This document shows, piece by piece, positions 37,811 through 50,971 of a DNA stretch of 64,000 nt. Origin of the DNA: Enoplolaimus lenunculus (lineage: Eukaryota). The notes beneath the pieces are model-generated. The model was not told where the DNA came from. It searched no databases and saw nothing but the letters and a program-made list of their open reading frames with translations. The stretch covers positions 434,001-498,000 of the forward strand of contig JASANG010001414.1 in NCBI GenBank assembly GCA_030248215.1, written 5' to 3'. How positions within the stretch are numbered: position 1 is the stretch's first letter; every line of letters begins with the position of its first letter. The position numbers were made by a program, and so were the translations under genes.

Positions 37811-40800
37811 CTTACAACCAATGTTTACCGACCTGTGTCATTGAAAAATTCAGCAGATAAAAAAATTCGGCAATAAATCAAATTAAATTACCGTGAATTT
37901 TTTCCTTCGCAACAGTGATATTCAAATCCCCGAGAGGTTAAGATTAGTTTGAAAAAACAATATTTGATAAATAAGACTTCACAGCCCGGTACGAATACGA
38001 GGCCATAGTCAAGGGGGGCAGGGGGGCTCAGCCCTCCTGAATAAATTTTGGCCTCCCCCCTAGAAAATTTTCAACCTGTTTGCAAGTCATTAAAACCCCT
38101 TGAATGCCCCTCCTGAAAATTTTTTATCCCCCTAGCAAATTGAGTAGGCTACCGGCCTGCGCGAATATTGTACCCAGTTAACTGGTCTACAAATTTATGG
38201 CGGTTGCAATTTATGTAATAGTGAAAAAAGTCGCGAGCGAAACGAGTAAGAAACCATGCCCTCGATTTTAGCACTGAATTTCCGTTTAGATCCCTGGTGG
38301 GTGCCTAAACCGGAGTATTCCTCATTAGGATCGGCCAATCAGGTTGTAAACATTCTGAAAGCTGAATAATTTTTTTAAACTTAAACACAAAAAACGAACG
38401 TTTTACTTGTGTGTTTTACGTATATCCCAAGCGAGTTTATTCATGCATGCTAATGTTAATATAGCATTTATCACGGAACCATGCGGTTTTTTAGTTTTAA
38501 TTTCATAAAAATTCAGCATATTTTTTACAGTTTTTAACACAAGCGGAACGATCGTTAAATTGTCAAATTTGAAAAATTGTTGGTTTATAAACAGACTACC
38601 GTCAGTGAAAACACTTATTGGTTTACACGCCCCCCACAGTTTTTTTGGCAACCACGTATGCTGCCCTGGCTACGAGTTTGTCCTGGAACAAATCAGAACC
38701 AAATTTGGCAGTACGATACCGGACGGTGACGGACGGCGCCGTAGGGGTGGTATACGGCGCCGTACGAGTGACGGACGGTGCCGAACGGTACCGTGCTGGT
38801 GGTGGACGGCGCCGAACTGTACCGTACGGGTGACCGATGATACCGGACGACGCCGAACGTCAACAAAAGTATAGCACAACCGTAATACGACATTGGAAAA
38901 CAGTAAGTCAAAGGAACAATGGTATTAATTAGCACAGCTGGGTAAAATTTGGGTTAAGCATCTTGCCGAAACTAATCGCGACCAATTTGTAGAACAGAGC
39001 CGCAACAGTAGTATGAACATATTCCTAAGGATAAAGTCTAAGCCTAAGCCTGAACAAAAAACATAATCTAAAGTTTAAGCTCACCCTATTGCAGTCTCGT
39101 GGAAAAACGTTCCGCCGTTTTTCTTTACATGGGCCACTAATCCACTCAAAAGCGTAGCCAATAGAGGATTCGAACGGTATTAATATTACAAAATTAGACG
39201 CCATGGGCGAAACTTTGTAGTATTGTTGACTGCTATAAATTATTCTGCAATTATGACGTTTACATTACCTGGTAGCTCTGTTTCGTAGTGTATGGCTAAC
39301 TAAACAGGCCCATATAAAAGATCTGGGACGGAACGTTTTTCTGCGGGTCTGCAATAGAGTAAGCTTAATCGTTCGACTAATTTTATTCTTAGGCCTAGGC
39401 TTAGCTATAAGCTCATTCTTACGCTTAGGCATAGGCTTAAGTATAAGATCATTATTACGCTTAGGCTTAGGCAGAGGTATAAGCTCATTCTTACGCTTAG
39501 GCATAGGCTTAAGTATAAGATCATTATTACGCTTAGGTTTAGGCACAGGTATAAGCTTATTCTTGCGCTTAATAGGCTTGGGTTTTGAAATATTCTTATA
39601 CTACTGTTACGGCCCCGTTCTATACATCGGCTACTAAACGGCTATTTTTCATCACTATCTAATATATTTATATAAAGTTACACAATAAAATAAATGCCCT
39701 ATCTCGGCGATAAAGACAACCATGCATTAAAAATTGTACGTCAAAAAACTGTTTAATTGCATACACTTTGTTTCGTATAGAAGCATTCGCCTCCCAATGA
39801 TTGATCGCTTCAGTTAATGAATAAGACCACAAATTTAGCGATAGACTCGTTTGCTCGCGCCGTTTATACAAGTGCACAGGATGAACGGAAAACGAATTTT
39901 TAAGTATAAAAGTGTCAAAGATGTTTTATTTTTCTGCAATACAATAGAGGCGTGCAAGCAAATATTCAACTTGCCACCAAAATTTCAAAAAAACAGCCGA
40001 ATCGCACGCTATTTTGCAAAATTGTGACCTGATTCTTCGTCGTTAATATATTTATATCGTAAATTTACAGCATATTCTATGATGAAAAATTGCGCGATAT
40101 ATATGTGATATATAACTAATATTCAGCAAAAAATATTAAAGCCCTATTCACACGTGCAAGTTTCCTGCTACAAAAGCATGCACGTGTCAATAGGGTTTAA
40201 CCGAATTCGTTGTGTTTGTATAAACGTAAACGAAAAATGACAACGATTTTTACCGAAAACGGAAACGAATATCCAGTTACGGACTGGTTTGCGGAACGCA
40301 TTGTATAATTGGCAGAGTGCGTTTATATGCGCAGTAAAAGTTCTGCACAATGAGATAACATTTAAAAATAATTTCTCAATTTTTACTAAAACTAAAAGTA
40401 ACATTCTTAGGACGCGCACAGAAGGAATCGACTGGCCAATATTGCACAACCTTAGCCAAGATTCGGTTTCAAAAAGAACTAAATGCTGCCGACTACGCTA
40501 TGTGTGAATACGGTTTGGAATCGACTCCCTTGAAATGGTACAAGCCAGCTTGTTTATACAATTTTCTTTTTTCGGGAAACAGCTAAAATTTGGAGCACCT
40601 ACATTTAGAAGATAAATAAATATTTCAGTTTCTGTGAGAGGTTTGAAAATTGAATCTGCTATTTTTGAGATATCTCTACACGACATATTAACGAAGCTAA
40701 TAAACTGTATATTTATTTATCTAAACTTTACCTGTATATATATTTATATATATAATGCAAAAAATGGTGAGTCAAATTAACTCTCTCTGAAAAAGGTTTA

Positions 40801-43800
40801 TTCTGAATGCACAAACTGAGCCAAAATTCGACTCGGCCTGAGTCACATTCGTCTCAATTTGACTCAGGCGGAGTCGAATATTGACTCAGTTTGTGTAGTC
40901 CGGAGAAGCCTATTTCGGAGAGAGTCAAGTTGACTCACCATTTTTTCCAGTGTATATATATCGTATTTCATCAAATAATGCCGCATTCCAGTTGAAACCT
41001 AGGCGCAAAATTATACATTCCACTCAAAAAACTGTCTCTCAGTTCGTTTAAGAAAGTTTTGTCAACGTAAAACAGAATAATTATTTTAATTTAAGCAACT
41101 TTTCTGAAAATGACCAGAGAAATCTTTAACGGATTAGAATGATTTGTTTATAATAAATTTAAATTATTTTAGTATTTCTACTAAGCTACAATGGAAAATC
41201 AGTACATAAAAAGAGGTTTTGAAACGTAAGAAAACTTTTGTCTGGTACTTTTGCTGTCTGAATTTCAAATTTTTGTCCTCATTTGCTTATTGGTCGAATC
41301 CAAAAATGGTGGATTTAAATATTCAGTTCTAAATTAAAATTTTAATACGTCAGATAGAACATTGACTATTTATTTATAATGTGGCATATATTATTTGTAC
41401 ACATAGCGTTTAATTCAATGTTAACCGATTCATGTACGTATTTGAAATACGCGATAAAACCAAGGGCGTATACAAGAATGGTAAAAAAGTATTCTTCCTC
41501 AAACTCTCTGTACCAAACGAGTAAACCGAACTTTTATCGTCCGTTTTGTCCAATGTGTGTAGCACCCGATCAAACATTGGTGATAGGCCTTGTAACTTTT
41601 GAACAAGTATGAATGCTGCGGTTCAAATTTGAGCACATTTTTCGCATGTGATTTGCTTTTTACTCTTGTCAAAATAATTTTAAGTTCAACAACTGCAAGT
41701 GAGTTTCAAAACGCATACTTACTATTAACTGATGATAGTTGCTATACACATTTGAGAATATGGGTCTATAATGTAGCTGAAGGTACAATGTGTTGCCGAT
41801 ATATATCAACAACAATGAATAAAATTTTAGTGGCAACATTTTTAGCTGAAAATAAAACGAAACTAAAGTGCTCATGTTTCGCATCCATCTACGTCGGCAA
41901 CCGATTGTATTTATTTGTTAAGCAAACATTGCGTATACACCAGATATTTTGAAAAGAATGAAAAAAAACGCTGCAAAATATAGGCGAAAGCGTAAATGAT
42001 ACTGAGAACCTGATGGAAGGGAAAGGAAACACTAATGGCATCTATAGGGTCGTTGAAGATACTTATAAGACATAAAAACTTCAGGTTTAAAGAACCATCG
42101 ACAATGCTGCAATCAAAAAAACAATTTAATGCACAACGAGAATCCTTGTCACTGGAAATATATTTTTGCTTCAGTTTAATGTATTAATGTCCGAGGCAAA
42201 ATCAATTAACAAAACGTACGAGAATAAGAATAGGGTTCTGGCACTGCAAAACTTCATTTTTTGGCGTTTTATTGTGAAGATGTGAAAAAATCAAAGACAA
42301 TTGAATAGACTTTTTATACATTCATTATGGCAAATGACTTGCATAACAGCGACAAAACGTTGGTGAAAATTGTAAGAAATTGATTGTTCTCTCTTTACTT
42401 ATCCGCGTATCCGGAATGAGTTTCACGCACAAGTGGCATTGGCGCAGATTTAAAAGGATTTTGTTTTACCTGTTTGATTGAATATACCGGACGTCTTCGC
42501 TACTTGTGTGCACTGTAGCTTTTGATAGTAGTGCATTAGAAGCAGATGAAGTTTCTGTTGCCTCAAATGGTACCTAATTTAGTTCGCGATGGTTTTGCTG
42601 ATGTAGGATACTTATTTGATCCTAAAATGAGACATTTTCTACTAATTTTGTTTTTAATTTGATGCAACATTTTCAGTTGAGGATCGTGTTAGTGTTGAAC
42701 TCGATCTCTGAGCAAATTTAGTATCGCTATAAAACTTCAAATTCTGTAAACAGATTTAATGCCGATCCGAAACCCACAAGTTTGCAGCTGGGTCATGTAT
42801 TATAGAGGCGCAATTTGGTTGGCTATTAAAAAACAAAAATAAAAACAGCATTACTCACATACTGTTGTATGCGATTGCACGCTATGGAACATATTGACAC
42901 TGATACAGCTTTGTTTGAAGCCTATATAAACCTTGTTTAACTTATATATTGCAAATATGATGTAGACAAATAATTATTGCGCAAGTCAATCCTTTGCAAT
43001 TACAATCAGTGTGCATGCCAATAGCTGTTTGGTTTGTATAATTAGTTGTTTGTGCTGCCCCGAACAGCAATTGTCGTTTGGGACGTGGGACGTCCCAGTT
43101 GCTAGCTGGGGCAAATCCAAGCCTGGCAAACCAATCAAAATCAGTTTGCATGCCAATAGCCGTTTGGTCTGTACAATCCTACAATCTAAAACAGTTTGTA
43201 TTCCAGTAGTTGTTTGGGCTCCCGCGACGAATAACAATTGTCGTTTGGGACGTCCCAGTTGCTAGCTGGGGCAAACAGCTCACAGCAAAATATTCATATG
43301 ATTTTCTTATAGTTGTATTTTGGCACTAGACATAGCATTTATTAACGTCTTTGCATTCTAATTGGGTTTCCATGGTCGCTTGTAATTGCAACTTGTTTTG
43401 ATAATCACTAAACAAGCGTGACAATCAATTCATTTTTCAAGCTCAATAGTTAAAATCAATAAAAATGTTTTGTGAACTAACCAAGTGTATTAACGCACGA
43501 AAAGTATCTTGTTTTTACGGTTAGAAATTTTTAAACTTGGTACTGTACGTTTCCAAGCGGTTTTGGATCGGTAAACATTCGACAACTGCAGCAAAATTTT
43601 GACGTTAAACTAATTAGCGTCCAGAATTCTAAATGTAAACACTGTCGACTGATCAGCATTTAATGTATCGATGATCTTGTTAATTGATTGAACTTTTTGG
43701 CCTATATTAATCGGGCGTTTGGCAAATTGCGCTGTATGTTTGTTTTTAGGCAATTTTTTCTACCAACTTAAGAACTAAAACGAACAGATGCTGACGGATT

Positions 43801-43879
43801 TTACAATTGTCACTTTTTCCCAACATCTGAACAACAAATTTCAATTTTCACGCCAAAAGAACGAAATCGCTACATCCTG

Positions 43880-44099
43880 CACTGCAAAAAATGGTAAATC
43901 AAATTGACTCTCTCCCAAATAGGCTTTTCGGGGCTGCACAAACTCAGTCAAATTCGAGTCCGCCAGAGTGAAATTCAACTCAACCGGGTTGTTCAGTGAA
44001 TCGAATTTGACGCTGGCGGAGTGGTATTTGACTCAGTCTGTGTAGTCCAGAAAAGCCTTTTTCGGAGAGAGTCAATTTGACGCGCCATTTTTTGCAGTG
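43880..44099. mobile_element. Palindromic MITE family C with CACTGCAAAAAATGG termini (CMC/EnSpm-like)
   Basis: About 65-bp inverted arms. Copies at about 10635-10831 (partial), 29993-30247, 40754-40952 and 47978-48141; the superfamily assignment is tentative. Confidence 0.75.
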
Positions 44100-45809
44100 T
44101 CCTACCAAACCATGATAAAACCTATCCAATTGAGTTTTCCAGTTTTACCTTTTTCTGGGTAAACCTACGCTTAGTAAATAAGGTAAATTAAGCTAACGAG
44201 TGACGAATTTCACGCAACCGCAGAGTAACTAACGCAAATGCACTCCGATATTGACAAACAATAAACACGACCGACTGCGGCAAAACCACAAAGAGATACT
44301 AAACCTGATTGTATATTACAACATTTTTTTCCATATTTTCACATCACGGTTCCTTTTTTTGTGAAAATTTGAAAATAATCGAATTGAAATTTTCTCGGAA
44401 AATAGCCAGTTTATATATTGATGGAATCCCCAGGTCGAATGAAGTATAAGCGCGCATCTACCAAAATTATTGCAAAAATCATTTCCTGTTTTTGTCCTCG
44501 CTACTGAAGGCTCCATGTCAGATTGTCGTTGATTTTGGCGTCTGGACAGAGTTTCTTTTAACATGTATTGCATACACTACTATGTTTGTTTCAATGTACA
44601 CAATAGCCTACCTAAATAACAAAAGCTGTATGGTAACGTATGACAGTGACATAGCTAACACATACGGTTAAATTTGCCAATTTTCCATTTTTCTAATTTT
44701 GCCAAACTCCTGCTATTTCTATTACCAATCAAAACAAAACATATGCCAACTGTCGAATGTTCCATTTTTCTCGTTCTCCGAACCTGAACGACACGTCTCA
44801 ATTTTCCAGTCAAACAAACCCAGCCACATCATCCCACACACTCAACCATATGGTATTACCAATTTAATTTACCAGTTTTCCCATTTTGTGAAGTAACCTT
44901 ACACTTTAGATTTTCTTAGCAAATGAAAGCAAATCATATACGGTCAAATTTAGAAATTTTGTTTTAACCACAACCCAATTATCGAGTCAAATGAACCAAA
45001 CCGCGCTTTCTTTACCAAGAAAAACATGCTGCTAAATTTTCTTTTTTCCCGTTATATGAGTACAATCAAACCTTCAGATTTTTTCTCCAGACCTAAAAAA
45101 GTCATAACCCAGGCCAGGAACGCTATGCTGCACTCATGGCTGCGTAGTTTCAATCTCGTAAAACGGAAATTCCTGTACTGTTTATGGGTCGGTGTTTTCA
45201 TGCCCCGGTCTCAGTTTTCTACACAAGTTTAAATAATTTTACGTAGAATCGGCTATAATCCTGCACAGGTCCGTAGCCAAGGGGTCCAGGAGAAGCTCAG
45301 CCCCCCCCCTTTAAAAATCTTGGCCTCCTGGAAGATTTTCGACCTTGCTTGTATGTCATTGAAAACCTATAAATGCTCCTCCTGAAAATTTTTAGCCCCC
45401 CCCCCCAGGAAGGTGAGCTGTATGCGGGCGGGACCTACAAAACATCTAAACGGATTTAACAACATTAACGTTATTTAAAACCATGTAGAAAGCAATCATT
45501 AGCCTGGTTTGGTTTCGTTAACATCTCTTGTTTACATGAAATTTAAGCTTAAAACCTAATTGTAAAATGAGTATTATTACGTAACGTCTTGGTTTATACT
45601 TTTTAGCAAACTTTGACTAAGCAAATCATCTGTTGGGAAATAAAATAACAGTATGGCTTTAATGCTAAAGCGAACAACTATCTAATTATACGACATCGCT
45701 GAGACGTGTCCACAACCAAAAGTCGCTGGAACGTGCTCAAATTACGACTATTTTGGCCCTTTGCCTTTAATATTACCTAATTTATCAGGCAAATGAATGA
45801 AGTTTCAAA

Positions 45810-46108
45810 ATGAGTTACTTTGCCAAAATACATATTCATGGCATAAAAGAAATTAATGCGAGAAAACAACGAATTTATCGTGTTTTCTTTGCTGTATTCA
45901 TAGTGTTGTCTGTGCTGCTGCTACTGGTCAACGATGTTACAACAATTTATAATTATAAGCATCAAAAAGGACCAATTTTAGTGCGAGCAGTAGACGCAAC
46001 AGCGTTTCCTTCGTTCATGTTTTGTCCTGCGGCATGGATCAATCAAAGCAAAGTTGAAGCACTAGGAATGGATGATGACGTTATTACGTATGTATACGCA
46101 TTATATGA
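45810..46108 (+). CDS. DEG/ENaC (amiloride-sensitive Na channel family) exon 1
   Basis: IHIHGI (pre-M1 HG motif), TM1 and FPSFMFCP (FPAVTVC-type motif). Donor GA|GTAATT at phase 2; an alternative phase-2 donor AC|GTATGT follows 46087. Confidence 0.85.
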
Positions 46109-46570
46109 GTAATTTACTGATTTTTAGTTCACATAATTACGGACGGCGTATAAGAGACGACAGTATATAAATGGGTCATTAACAACTAAATAAACGCAAT
46201 CTACTGTGAATGTTTTACAAATTTCTTCGGCCAATGTAAAGAACCGGGGCGGAACAGTATTATAGCTTTATTCCTATAAGCCTAAGGCTAAGCGCAAGCC
46301 TAAGCGTAACAATGAGTTCATTACTTAGCCTAAGCGTAATCCTGAACCATGCCAAAAATTAGCCTAATGCTTAAGCTTATTCTATTGTAGTCTCACAGAA
46401 AAACGTTCCGCCCTTGAGCTTTACATGGGCCCAAATTTCAAAGTCGGAACAATTTAATTTCGAAAAGTATACAACAATCCATTGCATTAGTTATGGTGCA
46501 GAATTAATAAAACCAAAAGTTAACATAGTATCATAACTCGATCATTTTAGGCAATACGCAACAATAGCAA

Positions 46571-46601
<31 letters not shown>

Positions 46602-46884
46602 AAGAAATTTCCATCGAACAAAGCTTTCAATAGTACAGGCGACATAAAACTTGCATTTTTTCATCAGCGAATAAGAAATCGGCTGCAATAAATTCAGTGA
46701 ATGTGCATGGTTATTCACACATGTGAACTAAATTCCTATCTGTGACTTTTAATGAATTATTTGTAGCTGCAAGTTGTTCGAACGGAATTTTGACACAAAA
46801 TTTGCAAGTGCAAGTTGCAGTTGCAAGTTCTCGCTGCAAAAAACTTGCACGGTGTGAATACGACTTTAGTATTTTTAACTTCAG

Positions 46885-47111
46885 GTGGATGCGCTCGTTG
46901 TACATATACCAGTTGTTCAGTTTTAATTCGATAAGCTGGGAACAAATTCTATTTAACGGTTCCAAGTTGCACAGTTACATTTTGAATAATCAACAAGAAA
47001 TGAAACGAATGAAGCTTAAATTTTACAAATTTGTCGATCGGAATGGCTTTCAAACGCTTATCGATATTCAAAATGCGATTGCTTACGACGCTTCTGAAAT
47101 AATTCAAACAA
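46885..47111 (+). CDS. DEG/ENaC exon 2 (finger region)
   Basis: CTTCAG acceptor, phase-compatible with exon 1; open frame WMRSLY...IAYDASEIIQT; donor A|GTAAAA at phase 1. Confidence 0.7.
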
Positions 47112-47416
47112 GTAAAACCGTAATATGCTGAGTGGAGTCACGGTGTGTATGCGTTGACCGTTCAGTTGGAAATTAATACGGCCCATGTGTAGAACAGGGC
47201 CGGATCGTTTTTCGGAGGGGCTATAATAGAGTCAGTTTAAGCTATAGACTAATTTTTTGCTTAGGCTTAGGCTTAAGCTTAAGCTTAGGCTTAGGCTTAG
47301 GCTTAGGAATATGCTTATTGTACTGTTCCGGCCCGGTTCTATACATGGGCCGTTAATATTGTATTTAAAAACGTAAGCACGTTGATCAAGTCACCTATTT
47401 AACATGCAATCATTAG

Positions 47417-47720
47417 GATAAACTTAAGCAAAACCAAAGTGTTTAAATAAACAAAGGATACTTTGTTTGCAAATCTTTTTGTTACCATATACCTGATGCT
47501 CCTAAAACGTCACGCGTAAAGCGCTGGCATGCCGCTGCAACTGATTCCAACAGGGAATGTATTATAAAAGCAACGATATTGTTATAGCTATATAACTAAG
47601 CAGACGAGTCGTCTCCCGTTATTGGGGTTAGTTAGAAACGAGTTATTCGTGTACGTATGGATAAAAAAATGACATGAATTGCCACAAGGCACCAAGTTTT
47701 ACAGGCAATTGAAAAATCAA
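47417..47720 (+). pseudogene. Decayed exon paralogous to DEG/ENaC exon 3
   Basis: After a CATTAG acceptor: DKLKQNQSV*INKGYFVCKSFCYHIPD ... LVRNELFVYV ... LPQGTKFY, with stops and frameshifts, versus exon 3 RYLYHEHVCYHIED...QNNELAV...PYPLNKFF. Similarity judged by eye only. Confidence 0.4.
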
Positions 47721-48787
47721 CACGAAAGCATACATGTGTGATATTATGCAACAGACGAGCGAGACAAAGCAAGCACAATAAAATAGATTTCACCAGTTTC
47801 ATTTACAGCAGCGAACCTATTAGACTGATCCTGGTTTGCCAGAAACCTTAACCTATATATAAATTTGCACAAATTAACGTTTAAATATAAGCATTTCAAA
47901 TCGCATTTACGCTGAAAAAAATGGTGAGTTATTTGCACAAATTAACGTTTAAATACAAGCATTTCAAATCGAATTTACACTAAAAAAATGGTGAGTCAAA
48001 TTGACACTCTCCGAAATAGGCTTTGCGGAACTGCACAGACTGAGTCAAATTCGGCTTCGCCAGAGTCAAATTCGACTCACCGTGTAGTCCGGAAAAGCCT
48101 ATTTCGGTGAGAGTCAATTCGACTCACCGTTTTTTGCAGTGACACCACATCGCTGTAAAAGCGGTTTTTAAGCTCACCTTTTAAACTCCATCACAAACCA
48201 TGAAGTTCGCAGTATATTGAGAACCTTGCTTAAGTTTACTTAATACAACATATGCTTGCACTTAATAATTGCACGACGTTAAAAACCTTCTCCAAGTGGA
48301 AAATGTTTTGGATCGTCTTACAAGCCACTATCAATTTGGTCAAAGCTCGAACAGTTTTACCGGTGGCTACACAATACTAATGGCAACAGCCGTAATCCGC
48401 AAATAAAGATAACTTTATTTACAGTGTAATCCGTAATTTGAAGTTCAAAAGTATAACATGAAAGTTTTCGCCTTAATCATGAAATTAATTGTACGTTGAA
48501 CTCGCGTAGACTGTTATAATAAGCGTTGCTTTTTATGAATTAGCGATAATTCGTCGGCCGGCAACTTGTCATTCTAACGGTGTCCTAAAGCCGATGAATA
48601 CATCTATGCATAATCCTAGACATAATCCAAAGCCTAAGCCTCAGTCTAAGCATAATGATGTGCGATGCATTGTCGAGTCGATGAAATTTCGGATTACAAG
48701 TTGTTGTGCGACTAGTTGTCGTACGACGAGTTGTTGTTGTTGTCGGGCACCGAATTGTCGGACAATACAATTTAATACATTTTGCAG

Positions 48788-49147
48788 TGTTATCCGAGGA
48801 ACCACACAGAAATATTCGCATTGTCCGATATTTGTACCACGAACACGTATGTTACCACATCGAAGATCGAACAAACTATACAACGCAACGCTTGCGTTAC
48901 TCAAAAACAACATTTCGCATCGATCAGCTACCATCATTCAAGTCAACCTGGCAAAACAATGAACTTGCCGTTGGTTCAGTAGAAGATGTTTCACCGTATC
49001 CTTTGAACAAGTTTTTCGTTCCTGCAAACACCAGTTGGGATTTTGCTGTACGACAAAACTCGTTTCGAATGCTTGCGAGTGAATCAAATTGTAGAAATTA
49101 TACAAATCTCGATTGGGACGAATGCGCTTTAGAAGCCATAAATCATC
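48788..49147 (+). CDS. DEG/ENaC exon 3 (palm/beta-ball to start of thumb)
   Basis: TTTGCAG acceptor at phase 1; VCYHI (CYTF-like motif), FFVPANTSWDFAVRQ and NCRNYTNLDWDECALE; donor C|GTAAGA at phase 1. Confidence 0.8.
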
Positions 49148-50371
49148 GTAAGACTTGCTGGAAACTTTTTTTATTCACAGTTGTTGCTGAATCGATGTTT
49201 CATAATGTCTTGTAAGGTGACGTGGAAGTCTGTATTGGCAAGCGACGCTTCTTTTCAATGATGGTTTAGTTGAATTGTTCAAAAACTGGTTGATATTTCG
49301 AAAATATAAGCAGCCGTCGATGCCTACTTGTTCTTTAATAAACTTTAATTGGTTCTGGCAAAAAAACAGTTTTCTTCGAAAAGTCGCGAGTAAAATTCCA
49401 AAATGCCGGTTTTTTTGAGAAATTGACATTTTACGTGGAAAATATAATTTCTGAAAAATTAGGATATACGGGATGTTAGAATTTTGGGCACAACATTTTT
49501 TCGCTCAAAATTGTGGCAAATTTTGGTTTTTGGAGCAGCTAGAATTTTGGCAATTTGGGTTTTTAGCCGAGAAATGGTGATTTTACGTGCCGTGTCTTTC
49601 GTTCATAATTTAGCAAACTTGAAATTTTTGGCGCTGCCTATTCATTCGAAATGTTGAGAAACTGAAATGTCAGTAAAGTTCAAGTTACTCGGGTAAATAA
49701 AGTTTTGGGAACTATCCTTTTCGCCAGGAGTTTTCGGAAATTGTGGTTGCGGGGGCTATGTTTTTTCTCGCGATTTTACGAAATTGGGATTTTCGACGCT
49801 TCTTTTTTCGGTCAAGATTTTGGAAAGTTGTAAAATTTGTAAGCTACCTTTATCGCTCGTGATATTTTGAAGTGAAGATTTCACCGGGTAACATCGGGTT
49901 TTGAATGCCCCTTTTTGTTCGAGATTTTGAAAAGGTGATAGTTCTAGAAATTGAAATTTTACTGGTAAAATTGTAATTTTGAAGATGAGGTTTCTTTCGC
50001 GAAACAAACGTGAACTTTATTTAATTTCATAAAGGGCAAAGTTAAGATTGACCAACTTAAAACCCTATTCACACGAGCAAGTTTTTGCTGCGAGAACTTG
50101 CAACTGAAAATTGCACGCAGAACTTGCATTTTTTCATTAGCCAATGAGTAAGCGGCTACAATGAATTCAGTGAATTTGCATGGGTATTCACATATGTGAA
50201 CTAAATTCCTAGTTATGATTTTAATGAATTATTTGCAACAGCAAGTTTTTCGAACGGGATTTCGGATTGAACTTGCAAGTGGAATTTGCAGCTGCAAGTT
50301 CTCGTAGCAAAAACTTGCACGTGTGAATAGGGCTTTATTGTGCTAACAATTCGCTTGACTTATTTTCATAG

Positions 50372-50458
50372 GAAAAACAATGTGCCCAGAATATAATAAA
50401 TATTGTTTTGCAACAGAAAACCAAAATTAAAGAACAAAACTGAACGCATCTGAACATT
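50372..50458 (+). CDS. Candidate DEG/ENaC exon 4 (Cys-rich thumb) containing an in-frame TAA at 50428-50430
   Basis: TTTTCATAG acceptor and T|GTAAAT donor, 87 nt, phase 1-1; reads (R)KTMCPEYNKYCFATENQN*RTKLNASEH(C). Confidence 0.5.
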
Positions 50459-50519
50459 GTAAATACAAATCCATTTGACTTATAATTAAACAGTAAATAT
50501 ATACATGAATGATTTTAAG

Positions 50520-50935
50520 GTTTATGCATGCCAAAAGTTAATTGTACTGGTCCAACGAAAAATACCTCACTATCATTTCGACAATACTGTTCAATGTACG
50601 ATCCGAACAGCTGTATTTTTAAAGCGTTTGGGGTTAAGAACGCAACTTCTGACGCAATGAGTGTTTGCCTCGACCCATGCACGATTTCAACGTATGAAGC
50701 GGTCGCAAAATCAGAACCGAATCAACTAAACATTATCAAGATTACACTTCGATATATGAATCCAAATTACGCTTTGAATTTCATTCAACAGCCAAGCAAA
50801 TCGTTCGCTGAAATATTGTCAGAGATTGGCGGTTTGACAGCAGTCTGGATTGGTTCGTCAATCATTGTCATATTTGAATTAATTATGTTATCATTCAAAG
50901 CGGCAGCTAAGCATATATTTGCAATAAATCGATAA
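50520..50935 (+). CDS. DEG/ENaC terminal exon (thumb, TM2/pore)
   Basis: TTTTAAG acceptor at phase 1; CLDPCTISTY and FAEILSEIGGLTAVWIGSSIIVIFELI (DEG site and GxS filter); stop TAA ends at 50935, with AATAAA at about 50950. Confidence 0.9.
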
Positions 50936-50971
50936 AAACTCACGGGTAAAATAAATGGTTTTCAAAGGGTG

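Noticed and set aside
38618..38935. Overlapping Arg/Val/Thr-rich ORFs
   Set aside because: A GC-rich ACGGCGCCGT repeat element with no protein motif or splice support.
39265..39546. PKPKR-repeat ORF (histone H1-like or NLS-like)
   Set aside because: A translation of GCCTAA telomeric repeats within a MITE.
41800..42640. Coding-like composition on the + strand
   Set aside because: All frames are interrupted and no motif is recognisable; it would need BLASTX to call.
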